Assembly (NCBI GenBank): GCA_973895155.1
Contig: OZ316893.1
Location: forward strand, 1,426,860 to 1,490,859
Origin: Marsupella aquatica
Lineage: Eukaryota; Plantae; Marchantiophyta
DNA length: 64,000 nt
Direction: 5' to 3'
The translations under genes were made by a program, and so were the position numbers. The first letter of the stretch is position 1; each line of letters opens with the position of its first letter. Below, piece after piece: positions 12,811 to 25,675 of this stretch. The notes beneath the pieces were generated by a model. That model was not told the origin of the DNA and searched no databases. It saw only the letters and a program-made list of their open reading frames with translations.

Positions 12811-13178
12811 TGATTGTCGACAGCTCGCGCCTCTTTCGGTTCTGGCTGTGTGTCGGGATTGGCTGGTTTGTGCTCGCCCCCCGCCTCATCTTCTCTTGTG
12901 CTTCAAGTTTTAGCAGCCAAAGTTGTTTGATGAGTGCGGGTCTGGTGCTTTCCTAGTCCGATATCGCCTACCCCCGCCTCGTCTCGCCTCGTCTCGCCTT
13001 GCCAATTGGCCGATCGGTTAACTGTCTATCCTGGGGCTGGTTCTTCAATTTTGTTGCCAATCGTGCTTGTGTTCAATTTGGCGTCATTGCGAGTAATTTT
13101 GGCCTGAAAGGCGTCCTGCGCTCGCCCAAGGTTGTCGCTTGCCGTATTTGAAGGAGGGAAGGAACGACAGAGCCAGCT

Positions 13179-13814
13179 ATGAGGCGAGAGGGACGCATTC
13201 ATGGAAACAATGTGCGATTGAACAAAAAGGACAATGGAACTGGTGAGAGAGTGTCCAACAAGCCGACGAACCACTCCAAGGTCTCAGCCAGGTGCCCAAG
13301 CAACATGGTCCGGTGCGTGGGCTGCTCGAGCGGTTCACCAGTGAAGAAATCAATGGCGAAGGTCAAGACGGCACTCAAAGCGAGAGATCTAGACGTAACG
13401 AAGAATCACAAGATGCATGAGTGGAGCTTTTCGCAGAAGCATCGTTGGGCCGATTATGGCGCTGGAGAGGAGAGTGACATTGCACTTGAGCAAGATGGAC
13501 CGTCTGGAGAGTCGGATCAAACGGAGGAGTACTGGGCGGATGATCAGCCCAGCCCGTCTCCAGTGTTGGAGTGTCCCATTGAGCTCCTGATGCAGATGCG
13601 CAAGCCCAAGGTAGCGCGGCCTCCTGTGCCCATACCCGAGGCCATGATTACACCAACCGTGACGCTAGAGAGCGCAGAGAGCGATGGCAGCGAGTATGAA
13701 AGCGTCATCAACGACGAAAGCTGGTCGGACTTCGATTTCTCTGATGGCGAAGAAGTCTCCTACGCTGAAGACCCCGCGGCTGACGATTGGGTTTTCGTCA
13801 CAGAATTGGTTTGA
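13179..13814 (+). CDS. Uncharacterised plant protein, paralog A (MRREGRIHG...KPTNHSK...Cys cluster...acidic C-terminus), 211 aa, intronless
   Basis: Open ORF with clear homology to 37152-37883 (REGRIHG.NVR, NKPTN.SK, KS..K.K.A.KA.DLD.T.NH.M..W, PIE.L...RK.K, DDW). Resembles, from memory, the land-plant family starting MKREGRQHG with KPTNHSK. Confidence 0.85.
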   Translation: MRREGRIHGNNVRLNKKDNGTGERVSNKPTNHSKVSARCPSNMVRCVGCSSGSPVKKSMAKVKTALKARDLDVTKNHKMHEWSFSQKHRWADYGAGEESDIALEQDGPSGESDQTEEYWADDQPSPSPVLECPIELLMQMRKPKVARPPVPIPEAMITPTVTLESAESDGSEYESVINDESWSDFDFSDGEEVSYAEDPAADDWVFVTELV

Positions 13815-15887
13815 TTTACATAATCGACATGCATAGCATGCCACATCTCGCTTGACGATAGAATGTACATAGATTCGGTTTGCACACAAGACAGTACCAC
13901 GTCGTGTTCATATCGCATAGAATTGCGTCGGTACGATTGCGTCGTAATACCGTAGATTGATGTTGTGTAAATACAAGCGTTGTGAGGTGAGATTTTATTG
14001 ACATGCTATGGGATAACGATTGAAGAAATTTATTCGCAGAAAGGTAGTCAGAAGGGCACCAACTTAGGCTGCCAGCGGAAGCAGGACGGCACAGGACAAT
14101 TACTTGCCTATGATTTCTGTCTACTTTCTTTGCTTGAGAATAACGACATGCAGACTATGAAAACCTTTGATGTTCATTTGCTCTTGCCTCGATTCCCCAT
14201 ACATCTTGGAAAGCACACTCAGACGGCATTAATTCTGTTCAGCGCTTGCGTGTAGTGTTCAGTTGAGCAATTTCGGCAAGCACCAAGAGTGCAATTCTGT
14301 ACCTTGTCGATGTCCTCCAGTGTATTCCGAAGCACATTGGGAAATAACAGGCTGGTCCGGACTTCCTTGGCGACTACCTTTGGTCAGATTGGGCATCTTC
14401 TTTCCAGATTTGTGGAGAATCTTATTGGGTCTCTTGCGTAATCATGTTGCGAGGATTGCAATGACACTCATTCTTGAATCAGAATAAAAGAAAATCTCCC
14501 ACCTGTATTTCAGGCTTGGTGAGTGTGCAGCTCTTCTTGGTGAATTTCTTGCGATTACTTGTCGAAACCAGGTACCAGACCATAATCGAGTGTGCAGTGG
14601 GCGCGCTTGAATATTCATCGCGTTGCACTATCGGTTCCTTCATTCTCTATCAGTCGACTTAGAAAATAAATGAATTAATCTACTCTTTAATTTCTTGTTG
14701 TTTGTTCTTGTCTTCTCTGGATTACATACCTGCACTGCGGGGGAACATATGTGATGACGGGATTACCGTCAGAGCCAATTTCGCAGGTCCCAGAGAATGG
14801 AAACAGAACGACGAACAGTTGAGATTTGCTGCGGCATAGTGGAAAGACAATGCAGGAGTGTGAATTATTGAGAGAGGAGCGTTCACATAAGATGTAGCCA
14901 AACGAAATAATGGCCGCTGAACACTCTCAGAAGGATTGAAGAAGGTAGTCTAGGAAGCCGTTCCTCCTCCTTCTCCCAGTGGTCCTCTACTGATGTTGTG
15001 AATTTCACTTTGTGGAAATGCGTTAAGATGTCCCGGTGGCCCTCTCTGGCTGTGGTGAACTTTACTTGGTGGATTGCATTAACACGTGGGCTGCATAAAT
15101 GTTGTGCACTTCTCGTTTTCGAGTTCTACTTCGTGGAATTGGCGGACCAAGCGAGGCAGAATTATGGTTCTCTTCTTAGATCACGTCTTTCAGGTGCCTG
15201 CTTACCAGCGGGAACGAGTCCCTCCTGCTATCGACGTGCATTTTCTGAAATGAATGGAGATTGCGATTGGGTGAACGAATTCATTCGAAGCATCTTACTC
15301 ACGCCTCGAGTAGCGTGTTGGCGACGTCTGCATTATCAATGTGATGGCTATGGCGCAATTCCTTCTCACTGTATTCAATGACGCGCTCTGCTCCTGAACA
15401 TGTAAAGAGCAGTGGTAAAGCTTCGGAGCTCTCGACGGTCGGAATCCCTACCGACTCCAGGTGACGTTCTCCATCCTTGTTCGAAATTCATGCCGATGGT
15501 CTCGAGGCGGGTGCAACTTTGCAGTGAGAGGCTATAGCTAAATTTTCATAGTTACAAGGAAAGAGCAGGATTGGGAAGTTTGGATTTTAATTTCTATGAG
15601 ACAATTCGGTAAAATGTGGCCGGCCCGGAATTCGAGCCGCTCCGTTTGCTCATTTTGTGATGTCTGTAGTGGAAACGACATTTTTTAATTCCCGTCACTT
15701 GCGAATTCATAGTATGATTCACCGCCCTGTCTTGTACACATCCTGCAATCTTTCTCAATTCTGCCCAACGAGCCTGTGCACCACCTCTCGCCACGACGTT
15801 CGATCGCATTTGCTTGCTGAGAGCTTCGTTTCCATTTCCACTCCTTTGTTCGAACCTCTGCTCTGTCAAAGCTGCACTCTGCTCAGG

Positions 15888-16750
15888 AGAGATACATTTG
15901 ATGGACCTCCAAAACGAGATGTGTTACTTGATTACTTGATGGACTGCATCAGTGGAGTCCAAAATGAGTGATACATTTGATGGACCTCCAAAACGAGAGG
16001 TGTTACTTGATTACTTGATGGACTGCATGAGTGAGTCCAAAAAATGAGTGATACAATTGATGGACCTTCAACATGAAAAGTGAAAAGTGTTACTTGATTA
16101 CTTGATGGATTGCATGAGTGAGTCCAAAATGTGTGATACATTCAGTTGATGGACCTTAAAATAAGGTACCCAAAACCAGATGGGTTGATTACTTGATGGA
16201 CTTACTTGATGGACTGCATAGTGAGTCCAAAATGAGTGATACATTCAGTTGATGGGCCTTAAATCAAGGTACCCAAAACCTGATGGGTTGATTACTTGAT
16301 GGACGGCATGAGTGAGTCCAAAATGAGTGATACATTGAGTTCATGGACCTTAAATCAAGGTATCCACAACCTCGTGGTTCATGTAGCACTTTCCAAATTA
16401 ACGTTGATGGACTACATGAGTAATACATTCCGTTGAGGAACCTTAAATCAAGGTACCCAGAACCTCATGGGCACATCAAGTAACATTTTTCAAAAACCTA
16501 TGGGTCAAGTAACACTTTTCAAATTAAGGTTGATGGACTGCATGAGTGATACTATCCATTGAGGTACCTTAAATCAAGGTACCCAAAACCTCATAGGTAC
16601 ATTTAGTAACATCTTTCAAAAACCTCTTGGGTCAAGTAACACTGTTCAAATTAAGGCTGGAGGACTGCACGAGTGATACAACCAGTTGATGGACCTGAAA
16701 TAGATGTACCCAAAACTCATTGGTACATCAAGTAACATTTTTCAAATTAA
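15888..16750. repeat. Diverging compound tandem repeat with TTGATGGAC cores
   Basis: Recurrent modules TTGATTACTTGATGGACTGCATGAGTGAGTCCAAAATGAGTGATACATT and GTTGATGGACCTTAAATCAAGGTACCCAAAACC; unit length grows from ~75 to ~120 bp. Confidence 0.9.
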
Positions 16751-16979
16751 GAGTACACTGAGAATGTCTCTCCTCTGCTCAGAGTGCATTTCTCTCTTCT
16801 CTGATGATCAAATAGTATAATACACAGAGACGTAACCGGTGAACCATTTGGAGTTCTATTGTCTTTTGGCTCTGTACTACTAGAGGGAAATCTCCAGACT
16901 GAGATCAAACATGTACATCATCCTGATGACACAATTATGGTTTGGTCACTGTAAGAAGGGAATATCCGGTAGGACAACA

Positions 16980-17111
16980 CCCTTTTTCTAGTATCCTTCT
17001 TTACCTAGTATCCCTTTTTAGTTCCTTCTTTCTAGTGCCCTTTTTTTCTAGTACCCTTTTTTAGTTCCCTCTTTCTAGTGTCCTTTTTTTCCTAGTACCC
17101 TTTTTTAGTTC
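16980..17111. repeat. Low-complexity tandem repeat of CTAGT/TTAGT plus C/T runs
   Basis: About nine short modules of the type CTAGTACCCTTTTTT. Confidence 0.8.
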
Positions 17112-17785
17112 ACTGCTACTGTAACACTGGTAGTCATGGTCGAACCATCTCCCAAAACTAACTGGGTTTGGTTACAAATACTCAGACTGAGAACACTTTA
17201 TCAAGTTTCCTGTGCCACTACTGGGCAACAAATTAAGTACCCTGGTGTAAACACTTACTGGGCAAGCTAAAGCTCAAAAGGTGTTGTCAGCAAGTACTTC
17301 CGGGGCTTAGTTGAATTCTCGCTTCATTCCCATCAGATATGAGCCTGCAAGATCAATGGTCATCTTGTTGTTCACTGTGTTTAATTTCAAGGCAAGCCAA
17401 ATTTTCATGGGTGTTGTCAGCAACTACAGTACATACAGGATGCGCCAATTCTTGTTTATGACTAATCCAAGGTTTGACACACCCACTGGAGTCTAGGGAA
17501 ATATAACATTGCCAGAAACACGAGGCGCTCAATTGGGAGACATGACCCCAGAGACAAAATCCCCAATTAAGTGGAGACAATAAGAGAAAACCTCATAAAG
17601 ACCAAAGAGCCAAAAAGCGCATGAGTTCCAGGCAAACCCCGCCCCACTACACTAACCTAAAACCCAAAATTTAAACACATTCTTATTGGCAAAATGAAGA
17701 GCCTGCTCGAGCTCTGGAATAAACTATATATATTATGGGGGTCACCCAGACAATTTGACTAGAGTCCTGACATTTTGTCTCACCC

Positions 17786-18100
17786 TACAAAGAATAGTGA
17801 AAGTCTCCTCTATAGTGTAACTGGTCTAAGGGGAGATTACAAAGAATAGTGAAAGTCTCATCTATAGTGTAACTAGTCTAAGGGGAGAATGGAATAATGA
17901 TGCCTCCTCTATAGTGCAACTAGTCTAAGGGGAGAATGGAATAATGATGCCTCCTCTATAGTGCAACTAGTCTAAGGGGAGAATGGAATAATAAAGCCAG
18001 CTGGTGCAACTGAGTCTAAGGGGAAAATGCAGAAATAATGTCGTCCCGAGAGTGCAACTGACTCGAAGGGAAGAATGGAGAAATAATGTCGTCACGAGCG
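17786..18100. repeat. Tandem repeat of ~47-52-bp units
   Basis: CTCTATAGTG(T/C)AACT(A/G)GTCTAAGGGGAGA repeated about 6-7 times, decaying rightwards. Confidence 0.9.
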
Positions 18101-20534
18101 AAGAAGGGAGGAGGAGAAAGTGGTGCATGGAAATAATGTGGAATGCAAACTAATGGGAAAGTGAGTCCATCGTGGTGCGTGGCGTCATCAGTTACGTCAG
18201 ATAGAAGTGAGGTTCCTTTGTTGTACAGTACACCACGTGCTATGCCAGTTCATAATTGCTCCAAGAAATTCCCACAAAAAGCAAAAAGCAAACAGTCCCA
18301 AGCAGGGCCAAGATTTGGGAGTACGTTACTATAGTACGTTGACGAGTCATCATAAAATTCACAATTATTATGAAGATCCGTAATGAGATGGTGCTATTTC
18401 AAAACAAAATTAAATTTTACTAAGCCACCATGCACCCTCAATTCTAAGGTTCAGAAGGTTGGTCTTTGAAACCCCATGTAACACATTTCCCAAAATTAGA
18501 GTTGAATTGTAAAAACTAGATATTTTATTTTTAATAATTTTATGTTTTGGGGCATATGCTAGGGGAGTAGGTAAAGCTACACTTCCATGAAAGCAACAGT
18601 GAATTTTTGGTCACTTTGGTTGAGTTTTTCATCATAGAATGTGGAGGGTAAATTTCTTTAGACTAAGTTTCATTGCGCTAACATGAAATAGTTGGACTCT
18701 TGTCTCCTCCTTAGCTAGTTGTCCTTGCAGGTGCGACACAAAAATTTATTTTACGACACTCATAATCAACAAGTTTATGGGGCCCAATCTCCCTTAGACC
18801 ACCAAAATGTGGTCCATGGGAGCACTGTGTCCAACATGACAATTATGGTCCATCCTGACTTCTGTTCCCAATTCTAAAGTTGCAAGCCCCATAATTCAAC
18901 TGAAAAATTTAGGACCCGCATCAGGCACATATTTCTGGAAGTGTAGGCTGTGACTGTGTCCCGCACAGGATATTCCTTAATACAAGGCAAACTGATAGTT
19001 TGCTCTGTGCTGAATACGCAAAACATTATATATTATTGTAAGCAGCAACAAAGTTTAGTGAAATGTAAATTTTTTGACCCCCACCAAGCGATATTTTGTA
19101 AGTACATAAAACAAAGGTCTCTTTGGAAGACAATACTGGAATGAAACTAATGACCCTATTCAAAAGTGCATTTAAACATGGGTTTGGAAGTTTATTTAAA
19201 TGCACTTTCCAATTGGGTCAATAGTTTCATCCAGACTATGAGTCGGTCATCCTGTAATGCTCTTGCTTTGTTTTTCTCTCCAATGGAGACTTATAGGCTT
19301 TCTAATGTAGCTTCAGTTCAGATATTCAAGTACCTACAAAGTATTGTGTATTTGAATGTGGCAGAACCCACACACACCCTGCAGGGAATACCTCAAAAAC
19401 CCATGTGAACTTGTGAAACCTCAAAAGGTCCCATTGCATAGGGAATAGAATGCCAAATCGCTGAATGAAGTTTACATAATTGAGGACATTCAGATGAATG
19501 TCCTCACTTTGCAGGATATTCTAATCATGTAGTTTGGGTGGTGAAATAATGAGCAGCCCATCCCCACAATGAAACGATAACCAGCCCCATTCATTGCCTA
19601 CAGCTTGACAGGGCATAGGCTGTGGTTGAAAAACCTGCAGTCACAGCTCACACAGCGGCCATATCCAAAATTTCACTTTAGAAGAACCCCTACAACCACT
19701 TCTGGTGCGGCACATTGAGAGGGAATCAAAATTGCCAACAAAAAAGTGGAGGAGGTCCATAGGTAAACTTTTTATGCCAGGGGATGCATCAAGCATATAC
19801 CTCAGACTCTTGCCAAATTCTGGTGTGCTTTTTGTTGACTACAGATAAGGTTGGTCGTCTTGAAACACTAGACAACCTGGATGATATAGTCTGAAATTGG
19901 ATTGCTTCTGAGTTGCTTTCGAACACTTGAACAAAAGAGTTCTATATGGACATCTTAGCTCCCATCACATTTAGTAAGAGTTAGGTACAGAAAGATAATT
20001 TGGCTCACATCACTTCAACCCACAACAGATGTAGATGTAGTTGATATCAAAAGTTCGTTCTCATATTGTACTTCAAAACTCTGTAGCATACAAATGCTTC
20101 AATTTTCATCCAAGGCACAACAGAGAGTGTGCATACTTCTCTCCAGCACAGTGCCAAGGGAAAGCGGAAGTCAGAGAACCCTCACTTTGTACAAAATGTG
20201 CAACGGAAAGGTGTTCAATCTTGCCTCGTACCCTGACAAAGTTGCTGGAGCTCCCATTATGAGGCTGATATGTTGGCGTGGCGAGCAAGTATCTTAACCA
20301 CGAGTAGCTTCCATTGAACCTCGTCGTCATTGAGATATGCGATTATATACCTGACTCTTACCCAATACAAAAGTCATACAATATTGATCTGCCTACTCTG
20401 ATGATATCGGGAAGGCCCATCATTATCATGGCTTACACTTATCGAAAACAAATCTGAAGTCTTCAACTATGGCGGCAAAATTCTATGCAGGAGTTTCAAC
20501 CTTCCCATTGATCGCAGTCAAGCATTGTAAGAGG

Positions 20535-23500
20535 TCATTGTGAAGGTTTGATTCCAAATACAATGTAGTTGACGTTGGTATCATCTGATAAGAACCAACT
20601 TCTGGTGATAGGATTGTACACCATACCAGCCATCTCCTTCATCTGTACAGGCCAGACATTGAACACAACGGAGCGTTATGGGAATCTCAGAGTTACAAGC
20701 TTGGGCCCATCATAGTCAATTTGTTTTTCCAACGTTTGAAAATGCGGGTTTCATCCAGAGCTAATCATAACCTTACAATGTGACGCCGTGAAAGAAAAGT
20801 TGAAGCTGAACCCACTTTTATGAAAAGAACACAAAATCTGGTGCCCTGAAGTCATCTATTTCAAGGCACTAGATCTCAGGCAGAGCCAAACCCATGTTCA
20901 CTTGAACGAAAGAAGAGAATTGAATGCCTCGGGAAAGCTTACCGGGATCGAGGCCTCATTCATCACAAGGGCAAGCTCCTCTGGGGTAACAAACTTGAAC
21001 CAATCATGAGTACCTTTTGGCACCTGCACAACAAAATGACATGATCATCATCATCCCGGCCAACTTGCTGACGGTGTTGATCGACAAAACAGAGGGACAA
21101 CATATCTCTCATTCCAAAAATTTCAACAGCAACAAGAAACAAGTATTTAAACTCACCCAACCCAGTACATATTCTGCCGCGACGATAGCAAGACCGTAAG
21201 AAGTGATGGATCTGTTGATGGTGGAGATCACAACCATCCCGTCATTCTTTACTAGAGCAGCCAAAGACTTGCAGAACTCTTTGGGATCAGCAACATGTTC
21301 GATGATCTGGACAAGGTAAGCTCCAGTAAACGTTAACACCATATTTTTAGAGTTTCATCGACAAAATCGAGTTTAGAATAAAGCATTTCCTTCATCAGAT
21401 CAGAAAGGCCCCAAGTCCTTCCACGTGACCTTCAATTCTAAAGCAAACCCTGCGAGGAGTTAGAATTCGTTAGGTACTTCTGCCAAGACAAGTCTCAGGA
21501 CATACCTCCAAAGCAAGAACCACATCGAAAGTTTCTTTCTCCTGAGCAAGTTGCTCTGCAACATCAGCCACAATTGTTGCGAGAAAGTAGGTAATCAGAG
21601 TTGAGAAGTAGTGGATACCGTTGGACAAACATAAAGGATAGTGGCTTTGACAGCGAGTGACGAATGCAATATTTGCGAGGAGTTCATTAGAAAACTGGTC
21701 AGCGAATTCATTGGCCACGTACCTGCAGTGGTATATCGATACTCTATGGAAGAAGTTGTCGGATCCTTCTCCTGCAAACTCAAAAGCACAATCTAAAAAA
21801 GTCGGACGCAACAGCAACAGGACAGGAGATAACTGCTAAATTTCGAGTTTGAACATTTACAAATGATCCGATACTAAGGTGAAACTTCACAAACCTGTAG
21901 GACAAAACCAATTGAATCAAGTAAATCTTACGACAACAGAAGGCTTCGAAGACATACAATAGAGTAGGATAGACACATTAATTCTGAAGGTTTTGACATC
22001 AAACTGGGAGGAATCCTCTTACTTTTGAGAGAATGACAGAAGATGGGGAAATCATAGACAATCTAAGCATTAAGTTGAATTTAAAGTCTGCGACGGAAGG
22101 ACCAGCATTTTTTTAGATAGTTGAACTGAAGAGAGGGTAGGATAGAACTAACAGCATGTGCAGCTGCCACCCTTATATTTTTCTCAACTGCGTCAACGCC
22201 CATAACTTGACCTCCCATTCTTGCTAACGGCTGCACAAAGACTACCGCATTGATTCAGCGGTATGATTGAACATCAATGAATAATTTTTGGTAAATCCAA
22301 TCCAGCGCACAACCTTAATCATGGCCGATTACTTTCTGAACATTCAAGTGGCAGAACGCTATGCAGACTAATTCAGATAAGGGAAGTAAAACCACGCTCG
22401 CTTTCTCTTCCTAGATTCCTGCAGGAAAGGCACGACTTCTGCTTCCTACTCACAACATAATAACCGGTGATACTGCAACGTACTCATCAGTCCACCTCAA
22501 TTCAAGAAATTACCTCGCAGGCTAGTCCACCTCCACATCCCACGTCCAGAATCCGAAGACCCTCTAATGGTCTTGCAGTCATTGGATCCTTTCTGAGAAA
22601 ACATAGGAACAAGTCGGTCCCACTGAACAGTATCAGCGACGGAAGAACTCATTGGGTCAAAAGCCAGGATCAGGACGCGAATGTTGGCATGTAGGCTTGA
22701 CAACTACAGCTGTCGGACTACAACAATTCTTCAGGATCGGAAAGTGAGATTGTAGAAATGACGCAGGAAGAACCACTTGTGTTTCCAAACCTGAAGTGTC
22801 GGCACAAAGCTGCTCGGATAAATGATAATCTCACAGGGTTTAGAGCGTGTAAGGGCTTATAAGGACCCTCGTTATCCCACCTGCATCTCATAGCAAATAC
22901 TTATGAGAGGCTTCTCATTGCCTGAATCAATTAATGATCAAAACCAAAACCACGAAATAAATTTACATAACTGACAAACATCTCGGAAAATAATTCCAAC
23001 ATGCACTTCACACGCAGGAAACGTCAGAACTTGCTTTGAGTTGTCTACAGAACAAACCGGTGCATGCTACAAATCAGGACAGCAGAAGAATTTCGAATTT
23101 TTTTAGATCAGGGACTATAAGATAGACTTCAAGGGAGTTGGCACAACAGTGAAAGACTCATAAGTACGGCTGGACGAAATACATTTCTTCCTCGAAAGAG
23201 GTCTTCATACCAAGTCTCAGCAACTGCTGCAAATCTTGCTGTTTCTGCAGGATCCACGGAACTTTTGTAGCTTCCCTTGGTATCTTTTTGTGCCCATGCA
23301 GCAGGAACATTTGTGATTCTCTCAGCTCGTCCTTCATCCTCGGATAAAACCGGAGCTGCTCCTCCTGCAGCCTTCTTGATCGCCACATTGCTGGACGAAC
23401 GTCGAGAATTGGCGACGGAACTGTCATCCTGGTTCAACACTGCCCGGGTGAGCTGAGGCCCACCTCTTTCCTGGCTGGAACTAAATCCCTTGCGTAGATC

Positions 23501-23587
23501 ATAATGAATTGAAGAAAAGCTTTCTTCCACAAATTTCTGGAATTTCCTACCGCACAGACGCCGTGCACAGACTACCCGCGCTGCCAT
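20535..23587 (-). CDS. COQ3: Ubiquinone biosynthesis O-methyltransferase, mitochondrial (COQ3/UbiG family), 9 exons
   Basis: Exons 23587-23211, 22880-22791, 22592-22514, 22230-22153, 21771-21723, 21555-21506, 21306-21157, 21023-20943 and 20642-20535, all GT-AG. The product has an Arg/Ser-rich transit-peptide-like N-terminus, [36 protein letters not shown] motif [30 protein letters not shown] and YNP...W...NY. Confidence 0.97.
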
Positions 23588-23666
23588 GATACAAGCTGAA
23601 AGTGTTGGTCCAACAATATGCTTCTCCTCGTCCCAAACAGTTGTCCACCATATCAAAATTTGTAAT

Positions 23667-23675
23667 AAACCCTAA
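23667..23675 (+). promoter_or_regulatory. Telo-box (AAACCCTAA) ~80 bp upstream of the COQ3 ATG
   Basis: Exact AAACCCTAA, overlapping a small inverted repeat CTAAGGTT-AA-AACCTTAG. Confidence 0.45.
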
Positions 23676-24184
23676 GGTTAAAACCTTAGACCCTTTAACC
23701 CTTCATTCAGCTGACCTCGAGCTCCACAGATTCCCCTTATGTACCAAAGTGCTTCCATTGCCTTCAGCATGCGAGCATAAGCTGATACAGTTGTAGAAGT
23801 TTGCCAGCTCGATCTTTCAAATCGAATGTCGAGTAGGTTGCAATAGCAGCACCATCACCTTCTCCGGAACCCGAATACCATTTCACATGTCTGTCCGTGA
23901 CTTCTTCAGTATCCTCCAATTCGGTATGGCAGATCTTTCTGCTTCCACTCTGCAAGACATCTGCGTCCGCTTTGAAATCTACAGCGCTCCGAGGTTTCCC
24001 ATCTGGTTAAGCTCTTGTGTTTGCATGCATGTAGTGACGTTTCGTGGTGCCAATGTAGTTTCGTGACGCAGAGTGGGAACCTTAATGTTTTGGACGTTTA
24101 CTGTGTGTCATCTTTCGGAATCCCTACAACTATTTCCGTTTTCGTCCGTTACAAAATTTCGCTCATAACGAGGAACAAAACAGC

Positions 24185-24877
24185 TGCTAATGAGTTGGCG
24201 AGGCTGGCGCAGTAACTTGCAATTTGATCAGTGATTTTATCCCTCGATCCCGACCACAAAGAGAGAGCGGTACCACAATCGGACAATGCCGCAAAGCAAG
24301 CTAACTGAGCACAACAGAGAAGAGCAATTCACCAATTGACCCTCCAATTGCTCAGTCCTTCGAACGCTTCCGGCACTAGAACAAGCAGACAAGAAAATGA
24401 CCCAGATTGGCGAGACCTTCGAACACTTATGAGGGACAGAGCACGCAGACACCGATCGAGTCAGTCATTGACACAAATCCACGCAGCAGTGAACGAATTC
24501 CACACCAGAGTGAAGCTTGGAAATTAAGTGGCGAGCCCTTCCAACGATTCCGGCAGCAAGACCAGCGCCGGTTCGGAATTGACTACTTCGCCAGACCTTC
24601 GACCTTCAAACACTCCCGCAGCAGACCACGGCAAGCAGACGCGGACGAGCGAGCCAACAAATCAACCACTCGAAGACAATACTAGTAGTAAATCACTCAG
24701 CAGCAGGGAACGAATGCCAGACGAGAATGGCGGTACGAGACAATCGTCTGCGAAGGGCCAGCCAGTGTCTGAGCTGACAGCACCACCAGCACCGGCAAAT
24801 CCATAGACTCGAGGGCGTAATTCAACGCAACGAAGACTACTCTGAGGCAAAATACTGACGAGGAGTTGAGAATGAAA
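24185..24877 (-). repeat. Inverted copy of the paralog A leader inside the COQ3/MON1 divergent intergenic region
   Basis: The reverse complement aligns colinearly with 12126-12810 but is not followed by the M[KR]REGR coding sequence. Confidence 0.9.
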
Positions 24878-25675
24878 AAGGACCGAATGATGGGGAATTG
24901 GAGGGACTCATGAGACTCGTGTCCTGTTGGCCCACAAAGGCGCAACAGTGCCCCCACCCCACCCTCGTTCTCGTGCCCTTGAGGGCAGAACCGAAGCCAC
25001 TTCCATGACGCCCCTCCTGCTTGTCGTGTAGTTTTTTATAGTTTGCATCCCACATCTGCCCTTCCCGACGGTGGACCGGAGATTGCCCAACGGTACACCT
25101 GCATCGGCCTCCTCAACAGGACAGCCGTGTGTTGTTCAGTAGTAGTGTAGTGTCTTGAGAAAGAAGCTAGGATTTCATTTCCGGTGGTCCTCCATCATTT
25201 GCTTCGTGCCATCGCGCAGCAGAGCAGAGCAGAGCAGAGCGAAGCTTGTGCCTACGGACGGACGAATAATGCAGAATCTATGAAGAGGCGAGGTCAGCAC
25301 TTACCCTTTTCAGTCTTCTCGTAGTGGACCATGGGGTATATCCGGATGCAATGAAGCTTGTTCGTTTCAGTCGAAGCGGATGAGCTTTGGACTGTAGAAA
25401 CTGTTACCCTATCCCAGACACTCAGACACTCAGACACTCAGACACTGCTCGTGAGTAAGGCCCTTCGACTTGGTGAATTATTTGCCTCATGTTGTACGTG
25501 GTTTAGGTTCGCGAAGAGAGGGATTTGTATGAGGAATTATCGTCTCTGTCGCTGCCCTTCATCGCATCGAGTGAAATGTGGGCAACGGCTAGTGCGTATT
25601 GCTTCTATGAGCAAACGTGACAACTAAATTATCCCAGTACAGTTGCCTCCTGCTGAGGGGGAATTTTGCCAATGA

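Noticed and set aside
15888-18100. Regularly spaced repeats as a CRISPR array (also 1921-2420)
   Set aside because: Intervening sequences are themselves repeated rather than unique spacers, there are no cas genes, and the DNA is eukaryotic.
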